Notes under the pieces: generated by a model | What the model was told of the DNA's origin: nothing | Seen by the model: the letters and a program-made list of their open reading frames with translations, nothing else | Databases searched by the model: none | Translations under genes and position numbers: made by a program | Assembly (NCBI GenBank): GCA_903860135.1 | Contig: CAIOPG010000017.1 | Span: 75,364-139,363 of the forward strand | DNA length: 64,000 nt | Source: Candidatus Omnitrophota bacterium | GTDB taxonomy: Bacteria; Omnitrophota; Gorgyraeia; Zapsychrales; Fredricksoniimonadaceae | Direction of reading: 5' to 3' | In this document: positions 26,128-37,202 of the stretch, piece after piece | Layout of the letters: each line of letters opens with the position of its first letter | Position numbering within the stretch: position 1 is the stretch's first letter

Positions 26128-27108
26128 CTAACGGAGCATCTGGATTAAACGCAGACGTTCCTGATAAATATTGTTATCCCTTTTCTTTGCTTCGGACAAA
26201 GGAATGACGTTTAATTTATCACGAATCACGCCTAAAGCAACTCCAAAATTACCCTTGAGGATCTCCTCAACCGCCGCAACGCCCAGCCTCGTCGACAGAA
26301 GCCGATCCGCGCCGCACGGCGTGCCGCCGCGCATCACATGCCCCAGCACCACCGAACGCGTCTCTAAGCCTGTCATCTGGGTGATCGTTTGCGCCACAAC
26401 ATCCGCCTTGGCGCCGCCTTCAGCCGATACGATCATCCAGTTGACCTTGCCTTTTTTATTGCCCGCCCTGATATTGTCGCACATCAACTGATAGTCAGGC
26501 TTGAACTCGGGGACGATCACATCCTCGGCGCCTGCCGCCAGGGCCACTTCCATGGCGATATAACCCGAACGGTTCCCCATGACCTCGATGACAAAGATAC
26601 GTTCCATACTGCTGGCCGTATCACGCACCTTGTCAATGGCATCGAGCGCCGTATTGATCGCCGTATGACAGCCGATCGTCTGATCGGTGCCGTAAAGGTC
26701 ATTGTCGATGGTGCCAGGTATGCCCACCGCCGGAATATTCCATTTATGGAACAGGTCGCTGGCGCCCAGATACGAACCATCGCCGCCGATAACAACCAGG
26801 GCATCGATCTTGTGCTTCTTCAAAACCGCCACGGCTTTCGCCTGGCCTTTCTCGGTGCGAAAATCCTTCGAACGCGCCGTCTTTAAGATCGTGCCGCCGC
26901 GATTGATGATGTTCGATACCGACCGCGGCCCCATATCCACAAGGTCATTGTCGATAAGCCCCTGGTACCCGCGCATGATCCCTTCGACCTGCAACCCGTA
27001 GTTGATCCCCGAACGCACCACCGCCCGCAACGCCGCATTCATCCCCGGGCCATCGCCGCCGGAACAAAGCACGCCGATCTTCTTGAGCAATGACTGTTTC
27101 TTCTTCAT
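26128..27108 (-). CDS. pfkA: 6-phosphofructokinase
   Basis: SGGDGPGMN, GGDGS, PGTIDND, EVMG. Confidence 0.93.
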   Translation of the reverse strand: MKKKQSLLKKIGVLCSGGDGPGMNAALRAVVRSGINYGLQVEGIMRGYQGLIDNDLVDMGPRSVSNIINRGGTILKTARSKDFRTEKGQAKAVAVLKKHKIDALVVIGGDGSYLGASDLFHKWNIPAVGIPGTIDNDLYGTDQTIGCHTAINTALDAIDKVRDTASSMERIFVIEVMGNRSGYIAMEVALAAGAEDVIVPEFKPDYQLMCDNIRAGNKKGKVNWMIVSAEGGAKADVVAQTITQMTGLETRSVVLGHVMRGGTPCGADRLLSTRLGVAAVEEILKGNFGVALGVIRDKLNVIPLSEAKKRDNNIYQERLRLIQMLR

Positions 27109-27109
27109 A

Positions 27110-28801
27110 TTAGAAATCTCCGACGTTCATCTCGCGCGGATACACCACGCTGAGAGAATAAATAATTTCCTTCTTTTCATTCGGGCCAAGTTCAAATTCC
27201 CAGCGCCAGACCCCCTTGCGCTCTTTCCATTCTTTTTCATTCGGCTCAACATTAACGCTGTTGATCCTGACCTTGATCCGGTCATTTTGAGAAACCGGCA
27301 TGGCTTCAAAAAGGATAACCCTGGATTTTTGCGCTTTATTATTTTGAACCGTTAATTTCCGTTCGAGCTTGATCTCGATATTCGGCGACGCGATCCCCAT
27401 GACCAAAACATCATCTATCTTGCGCGATAACTGTTCACGCTTCACCTTAACATTCTCATCGACGCCCAGATAAAGGTCAAATTCTTCGCCGGGGCCGACC
27501 GCGTCGATGGTCGACTTGCCGATATAATCACCTTCGAGAAAAAGATTCACTTCTCCCGCCAGGAGCTGTATTTCCTTGTCATTGGTCACACGACTGCCAA
27601 GGAACGCATTGGTCACAGCCCTGGGATACGCCGAATACTTGAAATCTGCTTTCAGATTCTGGGAAATAACAGGGAACTTCGCCTCAACACCATCGGACTT
27701 GATGGAAACAGGACGCGCGATGGTATAAACAACAGATATCCCTTTCTGTGCCACATTGGCTGTTTGCACGACGGCTTCAGAAAGACTCGCCGGTGCTCCC
27801 TGCCCCAGCTCGGCAGAATCAAAAGCTTCCGCTTTAAAAAGCATCGCTTTGCGTGCGACCTTCTTATCTACGTTGGCATTGGAGGAATAATATGGTTCAT
27901 ACTGAAGCCCGTTGAGCAGTAAAGATTCCACCTGCGGCATGCGTCCGCCAAGGGCCGGATCAACCGTTGACAGCGCCAGCGTCACATTTTCCCAGTCTTC
28001 GCCCGTAACATTGCGGATCACCCCAAACAGCGTGAGGCCGATCTCGGACTGTTCATACTGCGTCCTGGCATCGTACACCGGGCGCCAGGAGGCTCCGCCG
28101 ACAAGATAAGAAACCTCGAGGACAAAATCCCCCGGCTGATCGCAGGCCACCTCCACCACGATGGAACGCTTCACTTTGGCTGCAGGTGAATTCTGAAGCT
28201 CCGCCAGCTGGCGTTGCAACACATTCTTTTCCTTCAGGAGCTCACGTTCTTTCAGCCGCAGCTCTTCCCGCCGCGCTTCGATCTGCACCGCACTGACCGA
28301 CAAAAAATCATAAATACCGGCAAGGTATTCACGGGCCGGCATCTGCGACACCAGCTCTTTGGGCAATTCATTGCCGGCATAAAGATTGATCGACGCCAGA
28401 TATTTGTCTTTGCGTTCGATCACCTTACCTTCATTGTGCAACACAGCGATCGCATCATCGAGCGCCACGAGCTGCTCCTGCACCTCCGCAACCCGGGGAT
28501 CTGCCGCCTGTTGAAGGTATTCACGCTTGAGGCTGGCCCCGTAGATACGGACCCTGGCCTCGCCCTGCCCCGCCACTGTCAGCGAATTCTCATCAAATTC
28601 AGAAAGGATATCCGTTAGGACAATGCTCTGTTCCCCCGCCTTGAGCCGCACCGCCGCCTGCCGCGTGATGCGCGCCGATTGCTGATAGATCATCACCGAA
28701 GAAACCTTCGATACCCCGGCCACACTTAACGCGTAGGCATCGCCCAAAGGCAAACATACCAGCGCCGCGAGCAAACATACTGACTTAAGGATAAATTTCA
28801 T
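27110..28801 (-). CDS. DUF4140/DUF4139 (MuiA-like) exported protein
   Basis: Signal peptide, ARITR, coiled coil, SYLVGGASWRPVYD, TGEDWENVTLALST, LYLGVD. Confidence 0.85.
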   Translation of the reverse strand: MKFILKSVCLLAALVCLPLGDAYALSVAGVSKVSSVMIYQQSARITRQAAVRLKAGEQSIVLTDILSEFDENSLTVAGQGEARVRIYGASLKREYLQQAADPRVAEVQEQLVALDDAIAVLHNEGKVIERKDKYLASINLYAGNELPKELVSQMPAREYLAGIYDFLSVSAVQIEARREELRLKERELLKEKNVLQRQLAELQNSPAAKVKRSIVVEVACDQPGDFVLEVSYLVGGASWRPVYDARTQYEQSEIGLTLFGVIRNVTGEDWENVTLALSTVDPALGGRMPQVESLLLNGLQYEPYYSSNANVDKKVARKAMLFKAEAFDSAELGQGAPASLSEAVVQTANVAQKGISVVYTIARPVSIKSDGVEAKFPVISQNLKADFKYSAYPRAVTNAFLGSRVTNDKEIQLLAGEVNLFLEGDYIGKSTIDAVGPGEEFDLYLGVDENVKVKREQLSRKIDDVLVMGIASPNIEIKLERKLTVQNNKAQKSRVILFEAMPVSQNDRIKVRINSVNVEPNEKEWKERKGVWRWEFELGPNEKKEIIYSLSVVYPREMNVGDF

Positions 28802-28828
28802 AACAAAGATCCTTTCTGAATTATTGGA

Positions 28829-30232
28829 TCAATAACGATAATGCTCTGGCTTATACGGCCCATTCACATTCAACCCCAGATACTTCGCCTGTTTCGGTGT
28901 CAGGCGTGTCAGTTTGACCCCTACATTTTCCAAATGCAAGCGCGCCACTTCCTCATCGAGATGTTTCGGCAAACGGTAAACCCCGACCGCATATTCTTTC
29001 GTCCACAGCTCAAGCTGGGCGAGTGTCTGGTTGGTGAAAGAATTCGACATGACAAAAGACGGATGGCCTGTCGCACAGCCCAGGTTCACCAAACGGCCTT
29101 CGGCCAGAAGAATAATGGCATGGCCATCAGGGAAAATGTACTTGTCGACCTGGGGCTTGATATTGATATGTTCGATACCCTTAAACTTCACCAGGTCGCC
29201 GACGGCGATCTCATTGTCAAAATGGCCGATGTTGCACACAATCGCCTGATCACGCATCTGCTTCATGTGTTCCAGCGTGATAATCTCACAATTACCAGTT
29301 GTCGTTACATAAATATTCGCCTCGGGCAGGGCATCCTCGACGGTCTTGACTTCAAAGCCTTCCATGGCCGCCTGCAACGCACAGATCGGGTCGATCTCGG
29401 TCACGATCACGCGTGCCCCGTAATACCGCAGGGAATGCGCACAGCCCTTGCCCACATCGCCATAACCGCAAACAACCGCCACTTTACCGGCGATCATGAT
29501 ATCCGTCGCGCGCTTGATCCCGTCGGCCAAAGACTCGCGGCAACCGTACAGATTGTCAAACTTGGATTTGGTGACCGAATCATTGACATTGAACGCCGGG
29601 AACAGGAGCTTCTTATCCTGCATCATCTGATACAAACGGTGCACGCCCGTTGTCGTCTCCTCGGAAACGCCCTTGATCTTGGGCGTGATGCGATGCCAAA
29701 GCTTCGGGTCTTCCTTGAGCGCCTTCTTCAGGCACAACAATAACTGCTTTTCATCATCCCCCTCGACCTTGCGATCGAGGACCTTGGGATTCTTTTCCGC
29801 TTCGAGCCCCAAATGCACCATCATGGTCGCGTCCCCGCCGTCATCAACGATCAGGTCCGGCCCGTTACCATCAGGGAATACCAGGGCCTTCTGCGTGCAC
29901 CACCAGTATTCTTCGAGCGTTTCCCCTTTCCACGCAAAAACCGGGATCCCCAGATCCGCGACCGCGGCCGCCGCCTGATCCTGCGTCGAGAAAATGTTAC
30001 AGCTCGCCCAGCGCACATCCGCCCCCAGCGCCACCAGCGTCTTGATCAACACGGCGGTTTCGATGGTCATGTGCAACGAGCCCATGATGCGCGCCCCCTT
30101 GAGCGGCTTTTTCTTGCCGTACTTGCGGCGCAAGGACATCAGCCCCGGCATTTCTTTCTCGGCCATGTCGATCTGTTTATGACCAAGCTCGGCGAGTGTT
30201 ATATCTTTGACTTTGTATTCATTGGCTGACAT
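28829..30232 (-). CDS. ahcY: Adenosylhomocysteinase
   Basis: [37 protein letters not shown]. Confidence 0.97.
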   Translation of the reverse strand: MSANEYKVKDITLAELGHKQIDMAEKEMPGLMSLRRKYGKKKPLKGARIMGSLHMTIETAVLIKTLVALGADVRWASCNIFSTQDQAAAAVADLGIPVFAWKGETLEEYWWCTQKALVFPDGNGPDLIVDDGGDATMMVHLGLEAEKNPKVLDRKVEGDDEKQLLLCLKKALKEDPKLWHRITPKIKGVSEETTTGVHRLYQMMQDKKLLFPAFNVNDSVTKSKFDNLYGCRESLADGIKRATDIMIAGKVAVVCGYGDVGKGCAHSLRYYGARVIVTEIDPICALQAAMEGFEVKTVEDALPEANIYVTTTGNCEIITLEHMKQMRDQAIVCNIGHFDNEIAVGDLVKFKGIEHINIKPQVDKYIFPDGHAIILLAEGRLVNLGCATGHPSFVMSNSFTNQTLAQLELWTKEYAVGVYRLPKHLDEEVARLHLENVGVKLTRLTPKQAKYLGLNVNGPYKPEHYRY

Positions 30233-30307
30233 GAGAGGGTATCCCTTGATGTTAGAAATGAAGACGCCTGCCCGTTCTTCACAGGCAGGCGAACCTCATC
30301 GATTGAT

Positions 30308-31465
30308 TTAGATCTTGGCGTCTTTGCTCAACTTGGCCGACATGTCTGTCTTTTCCCAGGTGAACGCCGGATTGCCAAAATGCCCGTACGCCGCTGTCTG
30401 ACGGAACACCGGCTTGCGCAGATCAAGCTTCTTGATAATGCCCGCCGGTGTCAGGTCGAAATTCTTGCGGATAAGCTCAACGATCTTTTCTTCGGTGATC
30501 TTGCCTGTGCCCATGGTATCCACAAAAACACTCAATGGCTCGGCCTTGCCAATAACATAGCTCAGCTGAATGAGGCACTTGTCCGCAATGCCTGCCGCGA
30601 CAATGTTCTTGGTGATATACCGCGCCATATAGGCCGCCGAACGGTCCACCTTCGTCGGATCTTTGCCGGAGAACGCGCCGCCGCCGTGCGGCACGATCCC
30701 GCCGTAGGTATCCACAATGATCTTGCGCCCGGTAACACCCGTATCAGACTGCGGTCCGCCGACCACGAACTTGCCCGTCTGATTGATATAGAACTTTGTA
30801 TTCTTGTCGATCAGCTTCCCGACGATCGGCATGGCCACGACCTTGATGATCTCCGCGCGCGCCTTGTCCGTGATCTTCTTGCCGGTCTTGTCGAGTATCT
30901 TCTCCGTATGCTGGCAGGCTAGGACAACCGTATCAATACGCTTGGGGTGCCCGTCAACATATTCAACCGTAACCTGGCTCTTGCAATCCGGGCCGAGGTA
31001 ATCAAGGGTCTTGTCCTTACGCACCTTCTCGACACGCTTGACCAGCGCATGCGCCAGCGTGATCGGCAACGGCATCAGTTCTTTGGTTTCATTGGTCGCA
31101 TACCCATACATGATCCCCTGGTCGCCGGCACCGCCCGCGTCAACCCCCTGGGAAATGTCCGGTGACTGACGGTTGATCGCGTTCAGGATCGCGCAGGTCG
31201 CCCCGTCAAACCCGTAAGCCTGGCTGGTATACCCTATATCCTTTAACACATCGCGCACAAGTTTATGCACGTCCACATAGGTCGTGGTCGTGATCTCACC
31301 GCCGACAATCACAAGCCCGGCGCTGACAAAGGTCTCGCACGCCACACGACCCTTGGGGTCATCTTTGAGCACCGCATCAAGCACCGCATCCGAAATCTGG
31401 TCGCAAACCTTGTCCGGATGCCCATTACCCACTGATTCCGAAGTGATAAAATAATTGCCTTTCAC
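30308..31465 (-). CDS. metK: S-adenosylmethionine synthetase
   Basis: [31 protein letters not shown]; GTG start with AAAGGA RBS. Confidence 0.97.
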   Translation of the reverse strand: MKGNYFITSESVGNGHPDKVCDQISDAVLDAVLKDDPKGRVACETFVSAGLVIVGGEITTTTYVDVHKLVRDVLKDIGYTSQAYGFDGATCAILNAINRQSPDISQGVDAGGAGDQGIMYGYATNETKELMPLPITLAHALVKRVEKVRKDKTLDYLGPDCKSQVTVEYVDGHPKRIDTVVLACQHTEKILDKTGKKITDKARAEIIKVVAMPIVGKLIDKNTKFYINQTGKFVVGGPQSDTGVTGRKIIVDTYGGIVPHGGGAFSGKDPTKVDRSAAYMARYITKNIVAAGIADKCLIQLSYVIGKAEPLSVFVDTMGTGKITEEKIVELIRKNFDLTPAGIIKKLDLRKPVFRQTAAYGHFGNPAFTWEKTDMSAKLSKDAKI

Positions 31466-31507
31466 GTGTCGATCCTTTCTTCTATGGTTTACAAAATGAC
31501 ACTGCAA

Positions 31508-32248
31508 CTAATCTCTATAATCCCGCTGGGCATGGTCGTATGCCTCAAGACTGCCGATATCATACCATTTTCCATTAAATTTAAAACCATAAACAATATT
31601 TTTTTTATAAAGCCACTGCAAGAACCCACCGGTCGTATCCGTAGCGTTCGTCTCGGTCACATACTGCCGGATCATGGCCTGCATTTCTTTTGGAAAATAA
31701 TAAAGGCACATGGAAATAAGGCTTGTGCGCGGTGCCTTGGGTTTTTCTTCCAAAGAAAGGATCCGCCCGTCATCGGCAAACTCAAGAACCCCGTAAATGG
31801 ATGCCGCAGCTGTATCGCGGATATCATACGCGCCCACCGAAGCATAACCGCCCCGGCTTTGCGCAGAGCGCACAAAAGCCTCAACCCCGGCATCAAATAA
31901 ATTGTCACTGCCCGCCACCAGCCAGTCAACCGGTTCCTTTTCCTTATCGAGGACAAAAAGAATATCTCCCACGGCACCGAGGCGTTCGTGCGGCGATTTT
32001 GTACCGTCATTGATCACACGCACAGGAAATGGCAGGACTGTCTTTTGTGATGCCCACGACTCGATCTGCGAGGCAAACTTGTCATTGGTCACCACACAAA
32101 CCTCGTCGATCCCCTCAACCTTGATGAATTTCTCAAGCACATGGTCAATGAGGGTTTTGCCGCACACCTCTAATAGCGCTTTGGGAATATCTTTGACAAC
32201 AGGATAGAGGCGCGTGCCATACCCTCCGGCGAGAATCAGGACTTTCAC
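31508..32248 (-). CDS. Sugar-phosphate nucleotidyltransferase family protein
   Basis: LAGGYGTRL, PKALL, EEKP, WYDIG. Confidence 0.88.
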   Translation of the reverse strand: MKVLILAGGYGTRLYPVVKDIPKALLEVCGKTLIDHVLEKFIKVEGIDEVCVVTNDKFASQIESWASQKTVLPFPVRVINDGTKSPHERLGAVGDILFVLDKEKEPVDWLVAGSDNLFDAGVEAFVRSAQSRGGYASVGAYDIRDTAAASIYGVLEFADDGRILSLEEKPKAPRTSLISMCLYYFPKEMQAMIRQYVTETNATDTTGGFLQWLYKKNIVYGFKFNGKWYDIGSLEAYDHAQRDYRD

Positions 32249-34029
32249 TGAATTTCCCCGTTATAATTGTAAAGCTCGGGAACAAGCCGGGTCAACTCCG
32301 TGACCATAAACTCTTCCACTTCCGCTCCGGTGCTAAGCCTTAAGGCTTGCCGCGCCAGCTCCTGCGCGTCAGAAAAACGAATACGGGATAGAGCACGCTT
32401 GATCACGGGAATACTCGATGGCGACATGCTGAAAGAATCAAGCCCGAGCCCCAAAAGGATAACCGCCAACGTCGGATCACTGGCCATCTCACCGCAGACG
32501 CTGACTTTGATATTGGCATCATGCGCCGCACTGATCGTACGCCGGATCAGCCGCAGTACCGCCGGATGCCCGGGCTCATAAAACTGCGCCATTTTTTCAT
32601 TGGCACGATCAACCGCCAGTGTGTACTGAATAAGGTCATTGGTGCCGATACTGAAGAAGTTGCATTCCTTGGCCAAAAGGTCGGCTGTCATCGCGGCCGA
32701 AGGCACTTCAATCATCACCCCTACCGGCATATTCTCATTAAAAGGGATGCCCTTTTCACGCAACCGCTGCTTGACACCCAGCAAAATACTGTTGGCCGCG
32801 CGGAGCTCTCCCGGTCCGGCAATCATCGGATACATCATGGCAACGTTCCCATGGGCTGAAGCCCTGAGGATCGCCCGCAACTGAGTGCGAAATATTTCCG
32901 GCTCTTCCAAACAAAGCCTGATCGCGCGCGATCCCAAAAATGGCACCATTTCCCTGGGCAACTGAATGCTGGAAATAAATTTATCACCGCCGAGGTCAAG
33001 GGTGCGGATCACCACAGAATGCGGTGCAATTCCCTCAGCAATTTTCCGATAAGCCCGGTATTGTTCTTCTTCCGTCGGAAGATCAAGGCGGTTCATGTAA
33101 AAGAATTCGGTGCGGTAAAGGCCGATCCCCTCAGCCCTGTATTTCTTGACAGCAGGCATCTCGCCATCCATCTCAAAATTAGCTGTAAGCACAATACGCC
33201 GGCCGTCTTTGGTCTCCGACGGCATATCCTGCGTATTGGCCAGGGACCCCTCATACAAGGCGATCTTTGCCTGTTCGCTGATATAAAGAGCCAGTGTCGC
33301 TTCCGTAGGGTTAATGATCACAACCCCTTTACGCCCGTCGATAATAATATTATCCTGATTACTGATGCGCAACGTCGCATCTTTCAACCCTAAGACAGCA
33401 GGCACGCCCAACGACTTGGCAATGATCGCCGTATGCGCTGTCCGACCGCCGATGTCGGTGACAAACCCCCTGATCCTCTTGTTGTACATGGTAACCGCAT
33501 CCGACGGCGAAATATCATGCGCGACAATAACGATCTCACCGGAAAGCTGCTCAAAATCATGGATCCGTGTCTCTCCCATAAGGTGCTTCAAAACCCTGCG
33601 CCCGACATCTTCCACGTCGGCCGAACGTTCCTTGATATAGGCATCCTCGATCTTTTTAAAGACGCCCACATAATGTTTCAGGATTTTGGAAAAAACACTC
33701 TCGGCACTGCATTTATCGGACTTGATCCGCTTCTTGACCTCGTCAATGAGCATGCAATCCTCAAGGACAAGCAGGTGCGCATCAAATATCTGGGCATCGA
33801 TCGCCCCCACCTGCGCGGTGATCTTTTCCTTGATACCCTGGATTTCACGGCGTGTATCACTGACCGCTTCCTCAAAACGTGCGATCTCGACCAACACCTC
33901 TCCCTCGGTAATGGCACGTTCAGGAACAATAAAATCCTGCTGATCCATGAGAAACGCAGAACCGATGGCGATGCCTGGAGCCGCAGGTATTCCTTTGAGG
34001 ACAAATTCTGTCTTAATCTTCTTTACCAA
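32245..34029 (-). CDS. ptsI: PTS enzyme I
   Basis: TAHTAIIAK, GLYRTEF, RTLDLGGDK, SIGTNDLIQY, VCGEMA. Confidence 0.95.
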   Translation of the reverse strand: MVKKIKTEFVLKGIPAAPGIAIGSAFLMDQQDFIVPERAITEGEVLVEIARFEEAVSDTRREIQGIKEKITAQVGAIDAQIFDAHLLVLEDCMLIDEVKKRIKSDKCSAESVFSKILKHYVGVFKKIEDAYIKERSADVEDVGRRVLKHLMGETRIHDFEQLSGEIVIVAHDISPSDAVTMYNKRIRGFVTDIGGRTAHTAIIAKSLGVPAVLGLKDATLRISNQDNIIIDGRKGVVIINPTEATLALYISEQAKIALYEGSLANTQDMPSETKDGRRIVLTANFEMDGEMPAVKKYRAEGIGLYRTEFFYMNRLDLPTEEEQYRAYRKIAEGIAPHSVVIRTLDLGGDKFISSIQLPREMVPFLGSRAIRLCLEEPEIFRTQLRAILRASAHGNVAMMYPMIAGPGELRAANSILLGVKQRLREKGIPFNENMPVGVMIEVPSAAMTADLLAKECNFFSIGTNDLIQYTLAVDRANEKMAQFYEPGHPAVLRLIRRTISAAHDANIKVSVCGEMASDPTLAVILLGLGLDSFSMSPSSIPVIKRALSRIRFSDAQELARQALRLSTGAEVEEFMVTELTRLVPELYNYNGEIQ

Positions 34030-34276
34030 GATAGGCCTCCAGCTCCGCCAACATCTTTTCCGCGTCATCCCCGTCAGCGATCATGGTCAATTCACTGCCG
34101 CAATCAGCGCCGATCATGAGGATGCCCATAATGGATTTGCCGTTGACCTCTTCACCACTTTTACGGATCGTCACATCCGATGTGTATTTGTTGGCCAGCT
34201 GGACAAACATGGCGGCAGGGCGCGCGTGCAGACCCTGTTTACTCTTGACAATAATGGTTTTTTCAATTTTGGGCAT
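34013..34276 (-). CDS. ptsH: HPr phosphocarrier
   Basis: GLHARPAA, GKSIMG. Confidence 0.95.
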   Translation of the reverse strand: MPKIEKTIIVKSKQGLHARPAAMFVQLANKYTSDVTIRKSGEEVNGKSIMGILMIGADCGSELTMIADGDDAEKMLAELEAYLGKED

Positions 34277-34282
34277 AATTTA

Positions 34283-35527
34283 TTAACGCCTGATGACCCG
34301 GTTACGTTCAATCGCGCTGATAAGCACGCGTGTTAATTTATGTGAATCATGCCGGACAAAATCCCTGACGCCGACAATGTCTTCACTGAAAACCTTGTAC
34401 CCCATGGCACGGATCTCGTCGGCATCAGCTTCGACAGGGATGGACTGCTCCTGGCGATACCGTGAAAGCGTGGCAGGATCACTGATGACGCTCGCATTGA
34501 TGACCACCGCATCAAGGATGCCGCGCTGGGTATGATCGATGAGCGCGCGCACATGAGCACTGGCCGTATACCCCTCGGTCTCGCCGCGCTGGGTCATCAC
34601 ATTACAAACATAAATGCGCAACGCTGATGCCTGCGCAATAGCCTCAGGGATCCCCGGAATAACCAGATTGGGCAAGACGCTGGTATAAAGACTGCCGGGG
34701 CCAAGGATAATAACATCTGCCTCACGGATAGCCTCGAGCGCGTCCTTGTTAGGCTCGGCGTTCGACGGATTCAAAAAAACACGCTCAATGGGAACCCCCG
34801 AACGCGGGATCCTTGCTTCACCCTCGGTGATCTTGCCGTCTTTATATCTGGCAACAAGATGCACATTTGTTACCGTTGACGGCACAACCTTGCCGCGGAT
34901 AGCCAAAACCTTGCTCGTCAGCTCTACCGCCTGACGAAAATCACGATTGCCCACCTCATAAAGCGCCGTCAAAAAAAGATTCCCGAAATTATGGCCTTTA
35001 AGTTCCGATTTTTCGGGAAAACGATATTGAAAAAGATCCCCCATGATGCCCGGCGCATCGGCCAGCGCCACAAGGCAATTACGGATATCTCCGGGTGCTA
35101 CTATATCAAATTGTTCACGCAAACGCCCCGACGATCCGCCGCTATCAGCCACCGTCACAATCGCCGTGATATTCCCGGTATATTCCTTGAGCGCCAACAG
35201 CAAATTGGAAAGGCCATGACCGCCCCCGATCGCCACGATCTTCGGCCCCCGCTCGAGAAACCGCCGTTGATAAAGAATATTGACCAGATCCTGTTCCCGG
35301 CGTGGAAGAAAAATCGTGATCAATGATGTTGTCATCTTGCCAATGCCCAGTGTCGTAAAGACAATCCCGCAAAGGAAAATGAAAACACCCAATGAACTGA
35401 CATACGGATGAGGATAAGCAGAAAAATACGCGCCAAAGGCGACGATACAAACACCAAGAAGCGAGGTCAGCGCCCACCGCTTGACCTGCATGCCGGGATA
35501 CAGCCACTTAAAAAGATTGTTGGCCAT
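34283..35527 (-). CDS. yvcK: YvcK/GlmR (CofD-like) protein with N-terminal TM segments
   Basis: GGGHGLS, VTVADSGGSSG, PGDIRNC, GPGSLYTS, NVMTQ.GET. Confidence 0.9.
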   Translation of the reverse strand: MANNLFKWLYPGMQVKRWALTSLLGVCIVAFGAYFSAYPHPYVSSLGVFIFLCGIVFTTLGIGKMTTSLITIFLPRREQDLVNILYQRRFLERGPKIVAIGGGHGLSNLLLALKEYTGNITAIVTVADSGGSSGRLREQFDIVAPGDIRNCLVALADAPGIMGDLFQYRFPEKSELKGHNFGNLFLTALYEVGNRDFRQAVELTSKVLAIRGKVVPSTVTNVHLVARYKDGKITEGEARIPRSGVPIERVFLNPSNAEPNKDALEAIREADVIILGPGSLYTSVLPNLVIPGIPEAIAQASALRIYVCNVMTQRGETEGYTASAHVRALIDHTQRGILDAVVINASVISDPATLSRYRQEQSIPVEADADEIRAMGYKVFSEDIVGVRDFVRHDSHKLTRVLISAIERNRVIRR

Positions 35528-35533
35528 TAACCT

Positions 35534-36004
35534 TTAACTGAGCTGGGCGTCTTCGCGGGCGACAAGCTCAAGAATCCCATTCTTGTCTTTAACAGCCTTC
35601 AAACTTTCACGAAAATATTTATCCTTGAGAAGCCGTGCCACACGCGCTAAAGCTTTTAAATGAGGACCTGCTGAATCAATGGGCGCTGCCAAAAGAAAAA
35701 ATATATGGGCAGGTTCACCATCCAGGGCATCAAAATCGATCCCCTTCTTACTGATAGCCAAACCAGCAACCAGCTTATCGACACAATCCGTCTTACCGTG
35801 AGGAATAGCGATCCCCTGGCCAATGGCCGTTGACCCCAGTGCTTCGCGCGCCAAAAGCACATCAATGATCTTTAACTTGTGCTTCTTTTCGAAGGCTCCA
35901 CAATCAACCATCATGGTGGCCATTTCTTCAATAAGCTCTTTTTTGGTTGTTGCTTTTAAATCGGCGGTCACGGCGTCGGGACAAAGGAAATCAAGGATCT
36001 TCAT
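35534..36004 (-). CDS. ptsN: PTS IIA (Ntr/Fru-type)
   Basis: REALGSTAIGQGIAIPHG, FDALDGEP, HLKALA. Confidence 0.88.
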   Translation of the reverse strand: MKILDFLCPDAVTADLKATTKKELIEEMATMMVDCGAFEKKHKLKIIDVLLAREALGSTAIGQGIAIPHGKTDCVDKLVAGLAISKKGIDFDALDGEPAHIFFLLAAPIDSAGPHLKALARVARLLKDKYFRESLKAVKDKNGILELVAREDAQLS

Positions 36005-36090
36005 AAGCGGGGAAAGCCTCCTGACTGGTGAAATATCCGTACCAGCATAGAACGATCTATGCTGGCGACGATCGGGATATTAAATTAAAA

Positions 36091-36164
36091 AGCGGCGGAA
36101 GGGATTCGAACCCTCGACATCCACCTTGGCAAGGTGGCATTCTAGCCAACTGAATTACCGCCGC
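36091..36164 (-). tRNA. tRNA-Gly(GCC)
   Basis: Cloverleaf; CCACC-TTGCCAA-GGTGG anticodon arm; GGTTCGAATC; no encoded CCA. Confidence 0.95.
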
Positions 36165-36261
36165 ATATGAACCAACTTTTAAAGATCTGAACGAAAAACT
36201 GAAAAAAGATTATTCTATAATATCATCGTCGAAACGATAGTCAACACCAAAAAAAGAAAAA

Positions 36262-36411
36262 CAAGTCCTCTTTTCTAAAACATGGGCGGAAGAGGACTTG
36301 GCACCCCTTCGGGGTTGGCCACCCGCCCCGACCAGATCATCCTCCTTTTGTCGGATGAATCGGGGCTCCTTTCAAGTCCTCTTTTCTAAAACATGGGCGG
36401 AAGAGGACTTG
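36262..36411. repeat. 39-bp direct repeat containing the tRNA-Leu 3' end, flanking a 72-bp structured insert
   Basis: CAAGTCCTCTTTTCTAAAACATGGGCGGAAGAGGACTTG at 36262-36300 and 36373-36411. Confidence 0.9.
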
Positions 36412-36475
36412 AACCTCCATCCCTTGCGGGACCAGATCCTAAGTCTGGCGCGTCTGCCAATTTCGCCATCCGCCC
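36394..36475 (-). tRNA. tRNA-Leu(TAG)
   Basis: CCAGA-CTTAGGA-TCTGG anticodon arm; variable arm CCCGCAAGGG. Confidence 0.95.
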
Positions 36476-36504
36476 GTAATATGTGTAATACAAAAAATAA
36501 AAAA

Positions 36505-36577
36505 TGACCCACCCGCGACTCGAACGCGGCACACCAGCCTTAAAAGGGCTGTGCTCTACCAGATGAGCTAGTGGGTC
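36505..36577 (-). tRNA. tRNA-Lys(TTT)
   Basis: CAGCC-CTTTTAA-GGCTG anticodon arm. Confidence 0.95.
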
Positions 36578-36629
36578 AAAAATATTCAAAGAGCAAAAAA
36601 CACACACCCGCTGTGTAAAGAAATGCGGG

Positions 36630-37190
36630 CTAAATACTCAACAATTCCTTATTCTTCTTTTCAAGCACCGCATCGACTTCTTTAATATATTTATCGGTCA
36701 ACTTCTGAACTTCTTCCTGACCTTTGAATTCATCATCCTGAGAAACAACATTATCTTTCTTTAACTTCGAAATTCTTTCATTCTCATCCCTGCGGATCGC
36801 TCTCAGGGCAATCCTGCCCTTTTCGGCAATCTCTTTGGCGACCTTGGCCATTTCCTTACGGCGCTCCTCGGATAAAGGCGGCACCACCAAACGGATAACC
36901 TTGCCGTCATTGTTCGGCGTGATCCCAAGCTTTGAACCCAGAATGGCTCTTTCTATCTCGGCCAAAGCACTGGGATCCCAAGGCTGAATGATCAAGCAAC
37001 TCGCATCTGGCGTTGAAACAGCCGCTATTTGTTTGACGGGTGTTGGTGTGCCATAATAATCAACATATAATTCTTCGACCAAAGCCGGGTGTGCCCGACC
37101 TGTTCTCACCTCACCAAATTCCCGGACAACAGACTCGACCGCCTTCTTCATCCGCGCTTCAGTTTCATGAATCGTTTCACGTAAGCCCAT
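36630..37190 (-). CDS. frr: Ribosome recycling factor
   Basis: VRTGRA, YYGTPTP, PNNDG, LSEERR. Confidence 0.96.
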   Translation of the reverse strand: MGLRETIHETEARMKKAVESVVREFGEVRTGRAHPALVEELYVDYYGTPTPVKQIAAVSTPDASCLIIQPWDPSALAEIERAILGSKLGITPNNDGKVIRLVVPPLSEERRKEMAKVAKEIAEKGRIALRAIRRDENERISKLKKDNVVSQDDEFKGQEEVQKLTDKYIKEVDAVLEKKNKELLSI

Positions 37191-37202
37191 ACAAGCCCCC
37201 TT

